From a virus (lineage: Duplodnaviria; Caudoviricetes), in the IMG/VR virus record IMGVR_UViG_3300049574_000143, positions 4,358-68,357 of that record: a stretch of DNA of 64,000 bases; one strand, written 5' to 3'. The notes below the pieces were generated by a model, which saw only the letters and a list, made by a program, of their open reading frames with translations, did no database searches and was not told where the DNA came from. The position numbers were made by a program, and so were the translations under genes. Every line of letters starts with the position of its first letter. Positions within the stretch are counted from its first letter, which is position 1. Shown piece after piece: positions 52,610-61,697 of this stretch.

Positions 52610-54175
52610 CTACCGCCAGACCCCGACGTAGTCCGTGGTGAACGTGAAGGCCGAGCCTGAGGGCTGCGGGTGGTAATACCCGTCGCTCAGGCTCAGGTTG
52701 AGGTTGATGTAGGCCAGGAAGTCCGACCCGACGCCCTCGCCGTCCTGATAGACGCGCGCGCCGTTGACGTACCAGTCGCAGGACGTCTCACCGAGGAGCG
52801 TGCCGATCGTCACCCACGTGTCGTGGGCTATCGCGCCGGAGTCGGTGTAGTCGGTACCCGACTCGTTGACGTGGTTCGACAGCTCCAGGAGGTGAGCGTT
52901 GTCCGGGTGGTACTCGAAGATGTCGACCTCGCCGTGGCCGCCCAGACTGCCCGACCCCCACGTCCAGAGCGCAGGCCATGCGCCGGACGCCGCGGGGAGC
53001 TTGAAGCGCCCCTCCAGGTAGTCGCCGGTCTGGACCTGGAAGCCGCCGCCGGTGACGCCCTCGGTGGTCAGGAAGGCCGTGTACCAGGCCTCCTTGGTGC
53101 CACCCTGTGGGAATCCGGAGATGGTGAAGCCGGCGTCCTGGGCGGTGAACACGCAGTTGCCGCCGGACGAGGCGACCTGGCCGGTGTGGAAGTAGTCCAC
53201 CTTGTGGTCGCCCGGGTTGTCCGGGCCGTTGTTCGGGAACGAGCTGGTGTTATTGATCCGCCATTTCGTGGTGTCGATCGTCGTCGCGAAGTCGTCATAG
53301 AAGACGTTCGACTTGCCCAGTCGGGTGTCACTGCCGGTGCCCGAGGCGCTTACCGCGACATGCCCCAGCGTCGCCGCCAGTGACCCGGAGGCCTCGGTTC
53401 CGCCGCCCGAGCACTGGGCGCCCAGGATGCAGGAGAAGGAGCCGGTGACGCTGTCGCCCTCGCTGCCGGCCAGGCTGGCGGTAACGTGGTTCAGGGTGCA
53501 GCCGAAGCTGCCGGACGCCGCGGTACCGCCGGAGGCAGCGGCCAGGACGAGGGTGAGCTCGGAGACCTCGGACGAGTGGTTGACGGTCATGTTGCCGCTG
53601 GCGGTCGACGTGGAGTCCGAGAGCGCCATGCCGGCGCCGTAGTCGGACGAGCCGGCCGAGGCGTAGAAGGACGCCACCCGGGAGGTGCCCGGCATCGTGA
53701 TCGTCAGGCTGGCAGTGCCGGAATCCGGCCTGGCGCCGCCGATCATGACGCTCACGCCGCCGGTGGCGATGCCGGTGGGGGCGGCGACGGCCTTCGAGGT
53801 GACGTTTGACGCCGTCGTGCTGCCGGTGTTCGTGATCGGGCTGGTGTTGTCGACGCCGGTATACCGGGCGATCAGCGCGGTGATGTCGTCGATGGTCGGG
53901 CTGAAGGAGAGCGAGTAGCTGGAGCCCTCGCTGCTCGCGATCTTGTACCAGACCCACAGGGCTGAGCCCGTGCTGCCCACGTAGGGCGAGCCCGAGACCG
54001 CGGTCCAGCCGGACGGTGCGGTGACCGTGGGGCCGGACTGGGAGGTCGGCGAAGTCTCTACCGCGAGGATGAGGAGGTCGCCGTTGGCGGTAGAGGCCGG
54101 CTTGTTGATGCTCAGCGAGCCGACATAGGTATTCGAATGACTCGCCGTGCTTGACGTGCCGAACGCTACGGCCAT
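52610..54175 (-). CDS. Appendage protein with C-terminal GH16 glycoside hydrolase
   Basis: N-terminal module; E.RFKLP...WPALW..G...GEVDIFEY (ExDxxE). Confidence 0.85.
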   Translation of the reverse strand: MAVAFGTSSTASHSNTYVGSLSINKPASTANGDLLILAVETSPTSQSGPTVTAPSGWTAVSGSPYVGSTGSALWVWYKIASSEGSSYSLSFSPTIDDITALIARYTGVDNTSPITNTGSTTASNVTSKAVAAPTGIATGGVSVMIGGARPDSGTASLTITMPGTSRVASFYASAGSSDYGAGMALSDSTSTASGNMTVNHSSEVSELTLVLAAASGGTAASGSFGCTLNHVTASLAGSEGDSVTGSFSCILGAQCSGGGTEASGSLAATLGHVAVSASGTGSDTRLGKSNVFYDDFATTIDTTKWRINNTSSFPNNGPDNPGDHKVDYFHTGQVASSGGNCVFTAQDAGFTISGFPQGGTKEAWYTAFLTTEGVTGGGFQVQTGDYLEGRFKLPAASGAWPALWTWGSGSLGGHGEVDIFEYHPDNAHLLELSNHVNESGTDYTDSGAIAHDTWVTIGTLLGETSCDWYVNGARVYQDGEGVGSDFLAYINLNLSLSDGYYHPQPSGSAFTFTTDYVGVWR

Positions 54176-54183
54176 GGAAACTC

Positions 54184-54567
54184 CTAAGTGACGTTCGCCC
54201 AGAAGGTCACAGACATGTCCGAGGGCGTGGTTCCGACGGCCGTGACGTTGACGGTGAGGGTGTCGCCGGCGGCCAGTGACAGGCTCTGTGTCGTGTGCCC
54301 GGAGGACGTGGTGACGTTGAGCGTGGAACCGTCCGAGCTACCGCCGTTCTTCGACGGCCGGATGGTCGTGGTGCCGCTGCCGGCGTTGAGGATCGCGTAC
54401 ATGTCGACGACGGTCATCGCCACCGGGGCGACGAACTTGGGCAGCTTGACGCCGGTGGTGACAGTGCTCGACAGGAAGAACGGGATGGCGACCGAGTTGG
54501 TAAGGTCAGCCTTCCTGACCAGGTCGGTAGAGCCGCTCGCCGCGGGCCCAAGTGACTTCATGGCCAT
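54184..54567 (-). CDS. Small beta-sandwich structural protein
   Basis: Thr/Ser-rich, L.AGD.L.V.V..VG pattern; in the structural block. Confidence 0.7.
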   Translation of the reverse strand: MAMKSLGPAASGSTDLVRKADLTNSVAIPFFLSSTVTTGVKLPKFVAPVAMTVVDMYAILNAGSGTTTIRPSKNGGSSDGSTLNVTTSSGHTTQSLSLAAGDTLTVNVTAVGTTPSDMSVTFWANVT

Positions 54568-54581
54568 GCGGGTTGGGCTCC

Positions 54582-55706
54582 TTAGCCGATGACGGTTGCG
54601 CGTATCGCGTTGGACGCCGGCGCGGTCGCGAAGGTGAGAGTGACGTTGTTCGAGTCGGTGGCGACCCAGTCCGTGATGAACGCCGAGTCGTCCGCGGTGA
54701 GCCGGAGCGTGACGCTGACGTCCTTGGTGCCGAGGTTGTGGTTGACCGTGATCGAGGTCGATGAGCCGTTGCCGTAGGTCTGCGAGAACTTCCGGGCGAC
54801 AACCGAGGTGTCGACCTTCAGACCACTGGCCGAGTTGGACAGGCCGGAGCCGGTGTCGAGCTTGACGGACAGGGCCGAGCCGCCGCCGCCCTGGAGGCCG
54901 TTACCGGCTGCCGCTGCGGCGATCCGCAGGGCGTCGCTGGAGACTTCCAGGCCCGTCGCGGAAGCCGTACCAGTCTGGACGTCCAGGACGCCGGAGGTGA
55001 GGGCCAGGGCGGCGCCGGCCACCTGTGAGGCGAGGGAGACGGCGTCAGCCGAGACGGTGATGGAGCCGTCCGTGTTGCCGACGGCCAGAGCGGAGCCGCC
55101 GCCGCCGGTGAGGCCATTCCCGGCCGCGGCGGTGGCGATCCGGACGTTGCCGCCAGAGACCTCCAGGCCGGTCGCGGAGGCGGTACCCGTGGAGACGTTG
55201 AAGGTGTTGGCCGGCGACTCGGTCAGGCCGCTGCCGGCCGTGTAGGTCGATCCGGCGCCACCGAACTGCACCCAGTTCTGGGCGGTGGTGCCCAGGGTGG
55301 CGACCTCGGCGGTCTGCGTGAAAGCCTTGTCGCCGCCGGCGGATCCCTCCGTGACGAACACGGTCGCCGACTTGCACTCGGCCGCGGTGTCCATGTCCCC
55401 GGCGCGCGTCAGGGCCACGGCGGAGCCGTTGAAGACGTAGATGCCGTTCTCGGCCGCGGTCGTCTGGTTCTTCAGAAGGATGCGGTCGTTTGCCGAGATC
55501 GTGACCGTGTCGAAGGTCGCGGTGCCCGGGTTGGAGACCGTGACGTTCGCCGTAGACGCGACACGCACCGGCTGCTTCCAGGCCAGGCCCTGGAGGTTGT
55601 TATCGACGTACGCCTTGGTGGCGAGGTCACTCGAAGACGATGGGTCGGCCGCGTTCTGCGCCCGCTGACCCTGAAGGTCTATGCCGTTACCGAACTTCTG
55701 AGCCAT
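54582..55706 (-). CDS. Fibre-like structural protein
   Basis: KF.NGIDL..ADP...ATKAYVD, WK.PVRVAST, AG.GL repeats, C-terminal HNLG module. Confidence 0.8.
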   Translation of the reverse strand: MAQKFGNGIDLQGQRAQNAADPSSSSDLATKAYVDNNLQGLAWKQPVRVASTANVTVSNPGTATFDTVTISANDRILLKNQTTAAENGIYVFNGSAVALTRAGDMDTAAECKSATVFVTEGSAGGDKAFTQTAEVATLGTTAQNWVQFGGAGSTYTAGSGLTESPANTFNVSTGTASATGLEVSGGNVRIATAAAGNGLTGGGGSALAVGNTDGSITVSADAVSLASQVAGAALALTSGVLDVQTGTASATGLEVSSDALRIAAAAAGNGLQGGGGSALSVKLDTGSGLSNSASGLKVDTSVVARKFSQTYGNGSSTSITVNHNLGTKDVSVTLRLTADDSAFITDWVATDSNNVTLTFATAPASNAIRATVIG

Positions 55707-56038
55707 TAGCTAATAACCGCCTTTCCCGATGTCGGGGTCGCAAAAGTTATGGACACCGTGTTCGGGTCCGACTGGTCTGTATCTGAGATGATTTCGTCAC
55801 CGGAGTCGTCTACAACGCGTACGAAGGCAATCCGGTTCAGGTTGTGCGTGATGGTCCAGGTGGCGGCCGGCACTGACTGCGTGTGCTCGATTACCGAACC
55901 GCCGGCGGCCCCGGGAACACCCTGCGGCCCCTGAATTCCCTGGGGGCCGGCGGCCGTCAAAGTAAGACCGCTGCTTACCTTGGTGACTACGACCTTTGTG
56001 TCTTCCTGGACGACGACGAGCTCTTCGGGCTCGCTCAC
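55706..56038 (-). CDS. Structural protein with short collagen repeat and HNL module
   Basis: GPQGIQGPQGVPG; QSVPAATWTITHNLN...ITFATP.SG.A. Confidence 0.75.
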   Translation of the reverse strand: MSEPEELVVVQEDTKVVVTKVSSGLTLTAAGPQGIQGPQGVPGAAGGSVIEHTQSVPAATWTITHNLNRIAFVRVVDDSGDEIISDTDQSDPNTVSITFATPTSGKAVIS

Positions 56039-56394
56039 CGGGTCACCCCCAGCGAAACCGAGGCCTTGCCCTCCAGGAGCCGGGTCACCTCGCCGCCGGG
56101 GGATTCCACCGTGAGATCCCAGTCGGCGGCCTTGAAGACGAGCGGAGAGGTCACCGACGGGGCCAGCTTGATGCTGATGACGCCGCTGCCATCCAGGGTG
56201 CCGATCGTCTCGCCTGTCGCCAGGTTGTCGGAGTCGAAATCGACCAGGGTTGACGCCGATTCCGCGGTCTGTCGGACCTGGAAGCGCACCCGGAAACCCG
56301 TAAGGTCGATCGGGTTCCCGTCGGGGTCGTTCCAGGTGACATACAGGGGGAAGGTGGCCCCCTGCTCGATTACGATGTTGTGCTTGGCAGCCAC
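56035..56394 (-). CDS. LtfC/BppU-like fibre-attachment protein
   Basis: IEQGATF...W.DPDGNPIDLTG...QVR...RLLEGK..VS. Confidence 0.7.
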   Translation of the reverse strand: MAAKHNIVIEQGATFPLYVTWNDPDGNPIDLTGFRVRFQVRQTAESASTLVDFDSDNLATGETIGTLDGSGVISIKLAPSVTSPLVFKAADWDLTVESPGGEVTRLLEGKASVSLGVTR

Positions 56395-56413
56395 CCTTTC
56401 ACCCTTTCCGCTA

Positions 56414-56779
56414 CTAGACGCCGGGCGCGAGGAAGATGAGGACGGTGCCGGGAACCGGGTCGTGGAGCGGACCTTCCTCGCCCTCGCCGGGGAAGAAGTA
56501 ATTGATAACCACTTCGCCCCCCTCGGTTTCGGCGACGGTGAAGTTCACTACCGCCGGATCGACGCCCAGCACCGCTACACCCTGAACCGAATCGCCCGGG
56601 TAGTGAACGGTGAGGCTGTGCTCCTCGTGCGACGGGTCCGTGAAGCTCACGTAGTTCGTCTGAACGGTCAGGGCCGGACCTGCCGGGCCGTCAGCTCCGG
56701 CGGGGCCGGTCGCGCCGGCCGGGCCGGTATCGCCCTGCGGGCCCTTGAAGTACTCGACGACGTAGTCAATAAAGCCCAC
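56414..56779 (-). CDS. Structural protein with collagen-like repeat
   Basis: GPQGDTGPAGATGPAGADGPAGP. Confidence 0.7.
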   Translation of the reverse strand: MGFIDYVVEYFKGPQGDTGPAGATGPAGADGPAGPALTVQTNYVSFTDPSHEEHSLTVHYPGDSVQGVAVLGVDPAVVNFTVAETEGGEVVINYFFPGEGEEGPLHDPVPGTVLIFLAPGV

Positions 56780-56792
56780 GGATTACTCTCCC

Positions 56793-59432
56793 TTATGTCG
56801 ATTGAGACAGGTTCGATTGGGTGCTGGATTCGAAGGCCTGAACTACCGTGCCGGAGATACTGATTGCACTGGCCACGGTGGAGCTGAACCCGTGAATCAT
56901 GTTCCCGAGGAATACGTTTCCGGTTGCGTTAGAGCCCTCTTGCTTGAAGGCCTGGGCAGCTTCCGTGCCACTTCCCTCGGTGCAGATCGTGTTGGCCATC
57001 ACCACGTTGCCCGTATTGCCAGCTGCGCCGGAAATGGCGATTGCGGCGTTCGTACCAGAAGTGCCACGGGCACCCTTGACGAAGTTACCAACGATCTGAT
57101 TCTGAGCGGCGCCACCGCTGACATAGAACGCGCGGTCGCCGGCTCTGCGAATGTTGTTTCCGGAGAAGACGTTGTAACTGGCTCCAACTGCGATGTCGAT
57201 GCCCCTACCGGCCGCGTCCACGATGGTATTTCCGTGGACGGAGCCCCCCTGTACGTACGACAGTGAAATGCCGTACTCGGGTGCATTCCTGATGACGTTT
57301 CCGGTGATGGTCGGGTTATTCACTAGGCCGGTGGATTCACCGAATACGCGAATCGCCGCCACGCCACCCGTCGTGCCGGTCGCCATCTCGAAGGTGTTCC
57401 CGGTGATGGTCAGGTTCCAGATGTCCTGAGTGGCGCCAGTCTGCACACCGGTACGGGTTAGGGTGTTTGTGGTTGTCCCGGTGTCCGTCCAGATCGGGCG
57501 CACCTCGACACCCCATCCGCCTACGAAGTGGTTGTCGGAGATGATGGAGTTGTTCCAGCTATACCCCCGGACGCCCTTCTCGATCGTCTCCACATAATTC
57601 CCGGTGAACCGGATGCTGTCGTGAGCCGTAGTGGTCCCGATGGTTCCGTTGTGCGACCCGATGGCGCGATTCCATGCGGTAGTGCCAGGCATGTACGACT
57701 GGACGAAGCTGCACGAGCGGACCGTGATGTCCTTGCATGGCGTGTCGTCGTACGGCCCGAAACTGCCGAAGACTCCGGAATCCTTCGCCAGGTCGAGCTG
57801 AATGCACTCCGAGTGGCGTGCGTTGTACTGAACCGTGCCGGCGAACCGGCAGTTGTCGAACAGCACCTTTCGGCAGGCGTTGATCTCTACGCAGTGCTGG
57901 TTCTGAGAGACGTCCCGGACCTCAACGTCGCGGAAGGTGATGCTGTGGCCGTGGCCGAAGCTGAAGGCGCCACCCGAACTGGCCGTACCCCACGACATCG
58001 GGGTGTCGAAGGCCCCGAGCCTGGCCGTGGTGTCCTTGACGATGATTCCGGCCTTGGTCGCCTGGTAGTTGAAGGCGTCCGTGAAATCGTGCGTCAGCGT
58101 CGTACCGACATAGCCCCGGATCTCCTTGCCCATGACCTGGACCTGGAGCACGTTGCCCGACGCAACAGCCTGCGTCGCGGTGGGAGTCATCGCCGTGTCG
58201 ACGCCAGCAACTACCTTGCCCAGACGGGCGTTTCCATCCGTGTGGCGGACGAAGTACCAGTAGTTGCTGCTGTCGACGTAGCGGAAGACCAGGCCGGCGT
58301 TCCCGGCCGTAGACATCGTCACCGTCGGGTTGCAGTCCTGGATGACGTCGACCGTGGAGATGTTCGTACCGGCACCCGGGGCGTACGCCAGGTTCGTATT
58401 GATGCCCAGGGTGCCGGAGCGCGAGGTCCAGGGGTAGTTCGAGCTCGTCGTGCCGAGCGAGGTCGAGCTGTTGGACCGGGTGAAGCTGTCCGCCCAGATC
58501 GAGGCCGACGAGGAGAAGTTGTCCAGGCGTGCCGTGGTGTCGAAGACCACCAGGCCCACCTTGCGGTTGGCGGTGAAGCCCGCCAGGTCCGCGGTGTCGT
58601 GCGTCAGGGTCGTGCCGACGTACGCCCGGATCCGGTTGCCGAAGAAGACCACCGTGAGGGTGTTGCCGGCCGAGACCGCCTGAGTCGCCGTCGGCGCCAC
58701 CACGGTCTCCACGCCGCGCACCCAGTAGCTGAGGCGCGCGTTTCCGTCGGTGTGCCGGACGTACTGCCAGTAGTTCTGGCCGTCCGCGAGGCGGAAGACG
58801 AGGCCGGCGTTCCCGACGGTGGGGATCGTGCAGGACAGCGTCCCGTTCGGCCAGGACTTCACGGTGGAGATGTTCGTGCCGGCCGCGGCTGCGGACACCG
58901 TGTTGGAGGTGATCCCGAGGCAGCCGGCGGTCGAGGTGCCGTCATCCCGCATGGATTCGTCGATCCACGTCTGGCCGGTGTCCATGACGCCCAGAGTGTG
59001 CGGCGCCGAGGTGTTGGACCGGGTGAAGGTGTCGGTGGCCAGGCTGACCGTCGAGGTGGAGCAGCGCAGGTCCCACACGCCGCCCTCGATGACGATGTTG
59101 CCGTGACCGGTGTAGCCGGCCCGGTTCTGGCCGCTGTCGCCGTTCCAGGCCATCGAGACGCCACCGGTGTCGTTGTACCGGTGGATCTCGGCGCCCGGGA
59201 GCAGGGTCAGCCGCACGTTGGACCGGATCTTGAAGGGTGGGTCCATGTGCCGGTAGATCCCCTTGGGTACGATGACCTGGCCCCCGCCGGCGTTGAAGGC
59301 GGCGTCCAGGGCTGCCTGGATGTAGGGGCTGTCGTTGGTGCTGTCGTCGCCCTTGGCGGCGTACTGCTTGACGTTGAAAACAGCCGGGGAGGACTCCCCG
59401 GTGTTCGTTATGGGTGCAACGAACTTGGGCAC
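56793..59432 (-). CDS. Tailspike-like right-handed beta-helix protein (pectate-lyase-like) with duplicated lectin-like insert
   Basis: FNVKQYAAKGDDSTNDSPYIQAALDA...GG.VIVP.GIY; ITGN/FSGN/IVGN helix turns; two ~170-aa DxFTRSN domains. Confidence 0.85.
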   Translation of the reverse strand: MPKFVAPITNTGESSPAVFNVKQYAAKGDDSTNDSPYIQAALDAAFNAGGGQVIVPKGIYRHMDPPFKIRSNVRLTLLPGAEIHRYNDTGGVSMAWNGDSGQNRAGYTGHGNIVIEGGVWDLRCSTSTVSLATDTFTRSNTSAPHTLGVMDTGQTWIDESMRDDGTSTAGCLGITSNTVSAAAAGTNISTVKSWPNGTLSCTIPTVGNAGLVFRLADGQNYWQYVRHTDGNARLSYWVRGVETVVAPTATQAVSAGNTLTVVFFGNRIRAYVGTTLTHDTADLAGFTANRKVGLVVFDTTARLDNFSSSASIWADSFTRSNSSTSLGTTSSNYPWTSRSGTLGINTNLAYAPGAGTNISTVDVIQDCNPTVTMSTAGNAGLVFRYVDSSNYWYFVRHTDGNARLGKVVAGVDTAMTPTATQAVASGNVLQVQVMGKEIRGYVGTTLTHDFTDAFNYQATKAGIIVKDTTARLGAFDTPMSWGTASSGGAFSFGHGHSITFRDVEVRDVSQNQHCVEINACRKVLFDNCRFAGTVQYNARHSECIQLDLAKDSGVFGSFGPYDDTPCKDITVRSCSFVQSYMPGTTAWNRAIGSHNGTIGTTTAHDSIRFTGNYVETIEKGVRGYSWNNSIISDNHFVGGWGVEVRPIWTDTGTTTNTLTRTGVQTGATQDIWNLTITGNTFEMATGTTGGVAAIRVFGESTGLVNNPTITGNVIRNAPEYGISLSYVQGGSVHGNTIVDAAGRGIDIAVGASYNVFSGNNIRRAGDRAFYVSGGAAQNQIVGNFVKGARGTSGTNAAIAISGAAGNTGNVVMANTICTEGSGTEAAQAFKQEGSNATGNVFLGNMIHGFSSTVASAISISGTVVQAFESSTQSNLSQST

Positions 59433-59441
59433 AAGTCCTCC

Positions 59442-61697
59442 TTACGAGCTGTAGAGCACGACGACGCGGTACGAGAGGGATGCGGGAGCCGAAGTGAAGC
59501 CCACGGTCACCGTGTTGAGGGTCGAGTGCGTGATATCCGCCTCGACTTCCTGGAAGGTGGTGTTGTCGTAGACAGTCACCGAGACATCGCGCGAACCGAA
59601 GTTGTGCGAGACGGTGTAGGACGTGTTCGTCCCGTCACCGATATCGGTTACGAACTTCAAGAGATCGTCCCCTCCCACGGGTCCGGCGCCCGTCAGGGCG
59701 AGGAGTGCCAGAGTGATTGCCGCGCGGGGACTGCTCGCCGCGAGATCGAAGGTGCTCGACCCGACGAAACGGGGCGAAGGGCAGTTTCCGGTGTAGACGA
59801 AGAAGCCGCCGCCGGTGCCGTCCGTGAAACCGTTGTCTGCGCGCTCTGTCAGGTTGTCCAGAGCCCCGACATTGGTGTCCAGGGCCGCCTCCGCGGAGGC
59901 AGAATCGATGCCGTGAGAGCCGATGTAGACGACCATCTCGCCGCGGCCCTGAGTCGAAATCGAGGGCATCGTGACGAGGGTGTCGCTGACATTGCTCGCG
60001 GAGCCGCCCTCGACGTCGATCGGGTCGGTTTCGCTGATGTCACAGCCCCGGAAGGCGTGAATCTGGGCGCCGACATGGTCCCCGGAGAAGGAAATCGTCG
60101 GCGCAGCCTCGGATCCGGTGAAAACCGACCAGAAAACGCTCAATTTCGTGTCTTGCGAGCCAGCAGAGGTTGCCTGAGGGCTCGAAACGACCGGAGTCCA
60201 CCCATCGGGGGCCGAAACGGTGTCCGAGGGCCCGGATTCGGCTATCAGGAGCCAAACATCGCCCGGAAGGCGCCCGGAAGGCAGATTTACCGTCAAATCC
60301 GAGGTTCCGGAGGCAAAATCGCCATTTCCGGCCCAAATTACGTCCTGATACCCCTCAAAATCGGGGTTCAGGGACGGAAGTGTCATCCCGAGAGGCCCGC
60401 CCTGCACTGCATCCGAGGTGCCGGTCAGGGTTGCATCCACCCTGGGAAGGCGGGCGTCCAGGGTGACGAGAGGCTCTATCGCCCCGGCTAGCTGCGAGGT
60501 GATCGCCGGGAGGCCTATCTGGACCTGACTCGGAATGCCGCCCTCGCTGAACATGAGGCAATCCAGCTTCGGCAGCTTGTACTTGTTCACGCCGACGACG
60601 CCACCGAAGAACAGGGACACCTGCTTTGCATAGATGTCCGTCATGTCGTCCTGCGAGATGCGGAAGGCCCGCTTCTCGTCCTCGATGACGATGACGTTGT
60701 CCCCGTGTGGCCGGGTCTCGACCTCGAAGAGCGACGTAAGTTTCGGCAGGGTGCAGCTGATCGGGCCCGTCGGGTTCACGTATGCCGTGACGCTCGACAC
60801 CAACGGGTGGGGCAGTGTCGACGAGACGCCGCCACCCGGAGCACTGGATGCGGCGAGCGCCGAAGTCAGGCTCGGAAGGTGGGCGCCGATGCTTCCGGAC
60901 GGAGGCGCGGCCGTTCCCGTGAACTGGCCGGCGACCGGGTGCGGCAGGGTCACGCCGACCGGGCCTGACGGGATCATCCTCGTCGCCGCGAAGGTGGCCC
61001 TGACGGACGGTAGCGTGGAGCCGACATCGCCGATCGCGGGAGTGCCCAGGGTCTTGAGGACAACCGTGCGCTCGATCGAGCCGGTCAGGGAGAGGCTGGA
61101 GGCGAAGGAGGCGCCAGAGTGCGCCCCGATGCTCAACTCCCCGTTCGAATCGGCCGATTCAACGAAGTACTGAGTGGAGTTGCCGCGGTTGGACGAGGCC
61201 TGACGGGGGGTACCGCCGCCACCGACGGTGAAATTGCCCTCGGAGTTTACGGTCGACGTCCTGCCCGTACGGAACCAGACGAACCAGCCAGCGGCCGTGG
61301 ACGTGGCACTCGGGGCCGAAGAGGACGTAGTGCCAGCCGTCTGCGCCTCGGTGTGCACGTCGATCGGGTTGGCCGTGTCCACACCCCTGTAGGCGACTAT
61401 CTGCACGCACATCGGCGTGAGGTCGCCGCCGTCGTCCGTAAAGGTGTACGACGTGCCTTCCGAGGCGGCCACCTTGTAGAAGATGGAGCTCGTGAGCACC
61501 GCCCCGGTGTTCTGGTACCGAGAGAGCAGCGTCCAGCCGGCAGGGGCCGAGTGCGTTACGTTGCCGGACTGGCAATAGGCGAGCATGACATCGCCGTTGG
61601 CTACGCCAGTCGGCTTCGCGCAGGAGACGCTGGAAGTGTTGTTGGAGCTGCCGGTCCATGCCGGGGAGCGAGTCGAGGCGACGAACGAGATGGCCAT
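59442..61697 (-). CDS. Multimodular appendage protein
   Basis: Two KP/LP..GD..PxGW modules, xLPxV linker repeats, C-terminal HNFG module. Confidence 0.8.
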   Translation of the reverse strand: MAISFVASTRSPAWTGSSNNTSSVSCAKPTGVANGDVMLAYCQSGNVTHSAPAGWTLLSRYQNTGAVLTSSIFYKVAASEGTSYTFTDDGGDLTPMCVQIVAYRGVDTANPIDVHTEAQTAGTTSSSAPSATSTAAGWFVWFRTGRTSTVNSEGNFTVGGGGTPRQASSNRGNSTQYFVESADSNGELSIGAHSGASFASSLSLTGSIERTVVLKTLGTPAIGDVGSTLPSVRATFAATRMIPSGPVGVTLPHPVAGQFTGTAAPPSGSIGAHLPSLTSALAASSAPGGGVSSTLPHPLVSSVTAYVNPTGPISCTLPKLTSLFEVETRPHGDNVIVIEDEKRAFRISQDDMTDIYAKQVSLFFGGVVGVNKYKLPKLDCLMFSEGGIPSQVQIGLPAITSQLAGAIEPLVTLDARLPRVDATLTGTSDAVQGGPLGMTLPSLNPDFEGYQDVIWAGNGDFASGTSDLTVNLPSGRLPGDVWLLIAESGPSDTVSAPDGWTPVVSSPQATSAGSQDTKLSVFWSVFTGSEAAPTISFSGDHVGAQIHAFRGCDISETDPIDVEGGSASNVSDTLVTMPSISTQGRGEMVVYIGSHGIDSASAEAALDTNVGALDNLTERADNGFTDGTGGGFFVYTGNCPSPRFVGSSTFDLAASSPRAAITLALLALTGAGPVGGDDLLKFVTDIGDGTNTSYTVSHNFGSRDVSVTVYDNTTFQEVEADITHSTLNTVTVGFTSAPASLSYRVVVLYSS

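Noticed and set aside
57528-60491. 987-aa plus-strand ORF, and similar long ORFs at 46312..48333, 36362..38026, 30539..32092, 39192..40481, 19409..20587 and 21062..22252
   Set aside because: They lie antisense to well-supported genes, are Val/Gly/Arg-rich with no motifs, and are the expected shadow of high-GC3 coding on the other strand.
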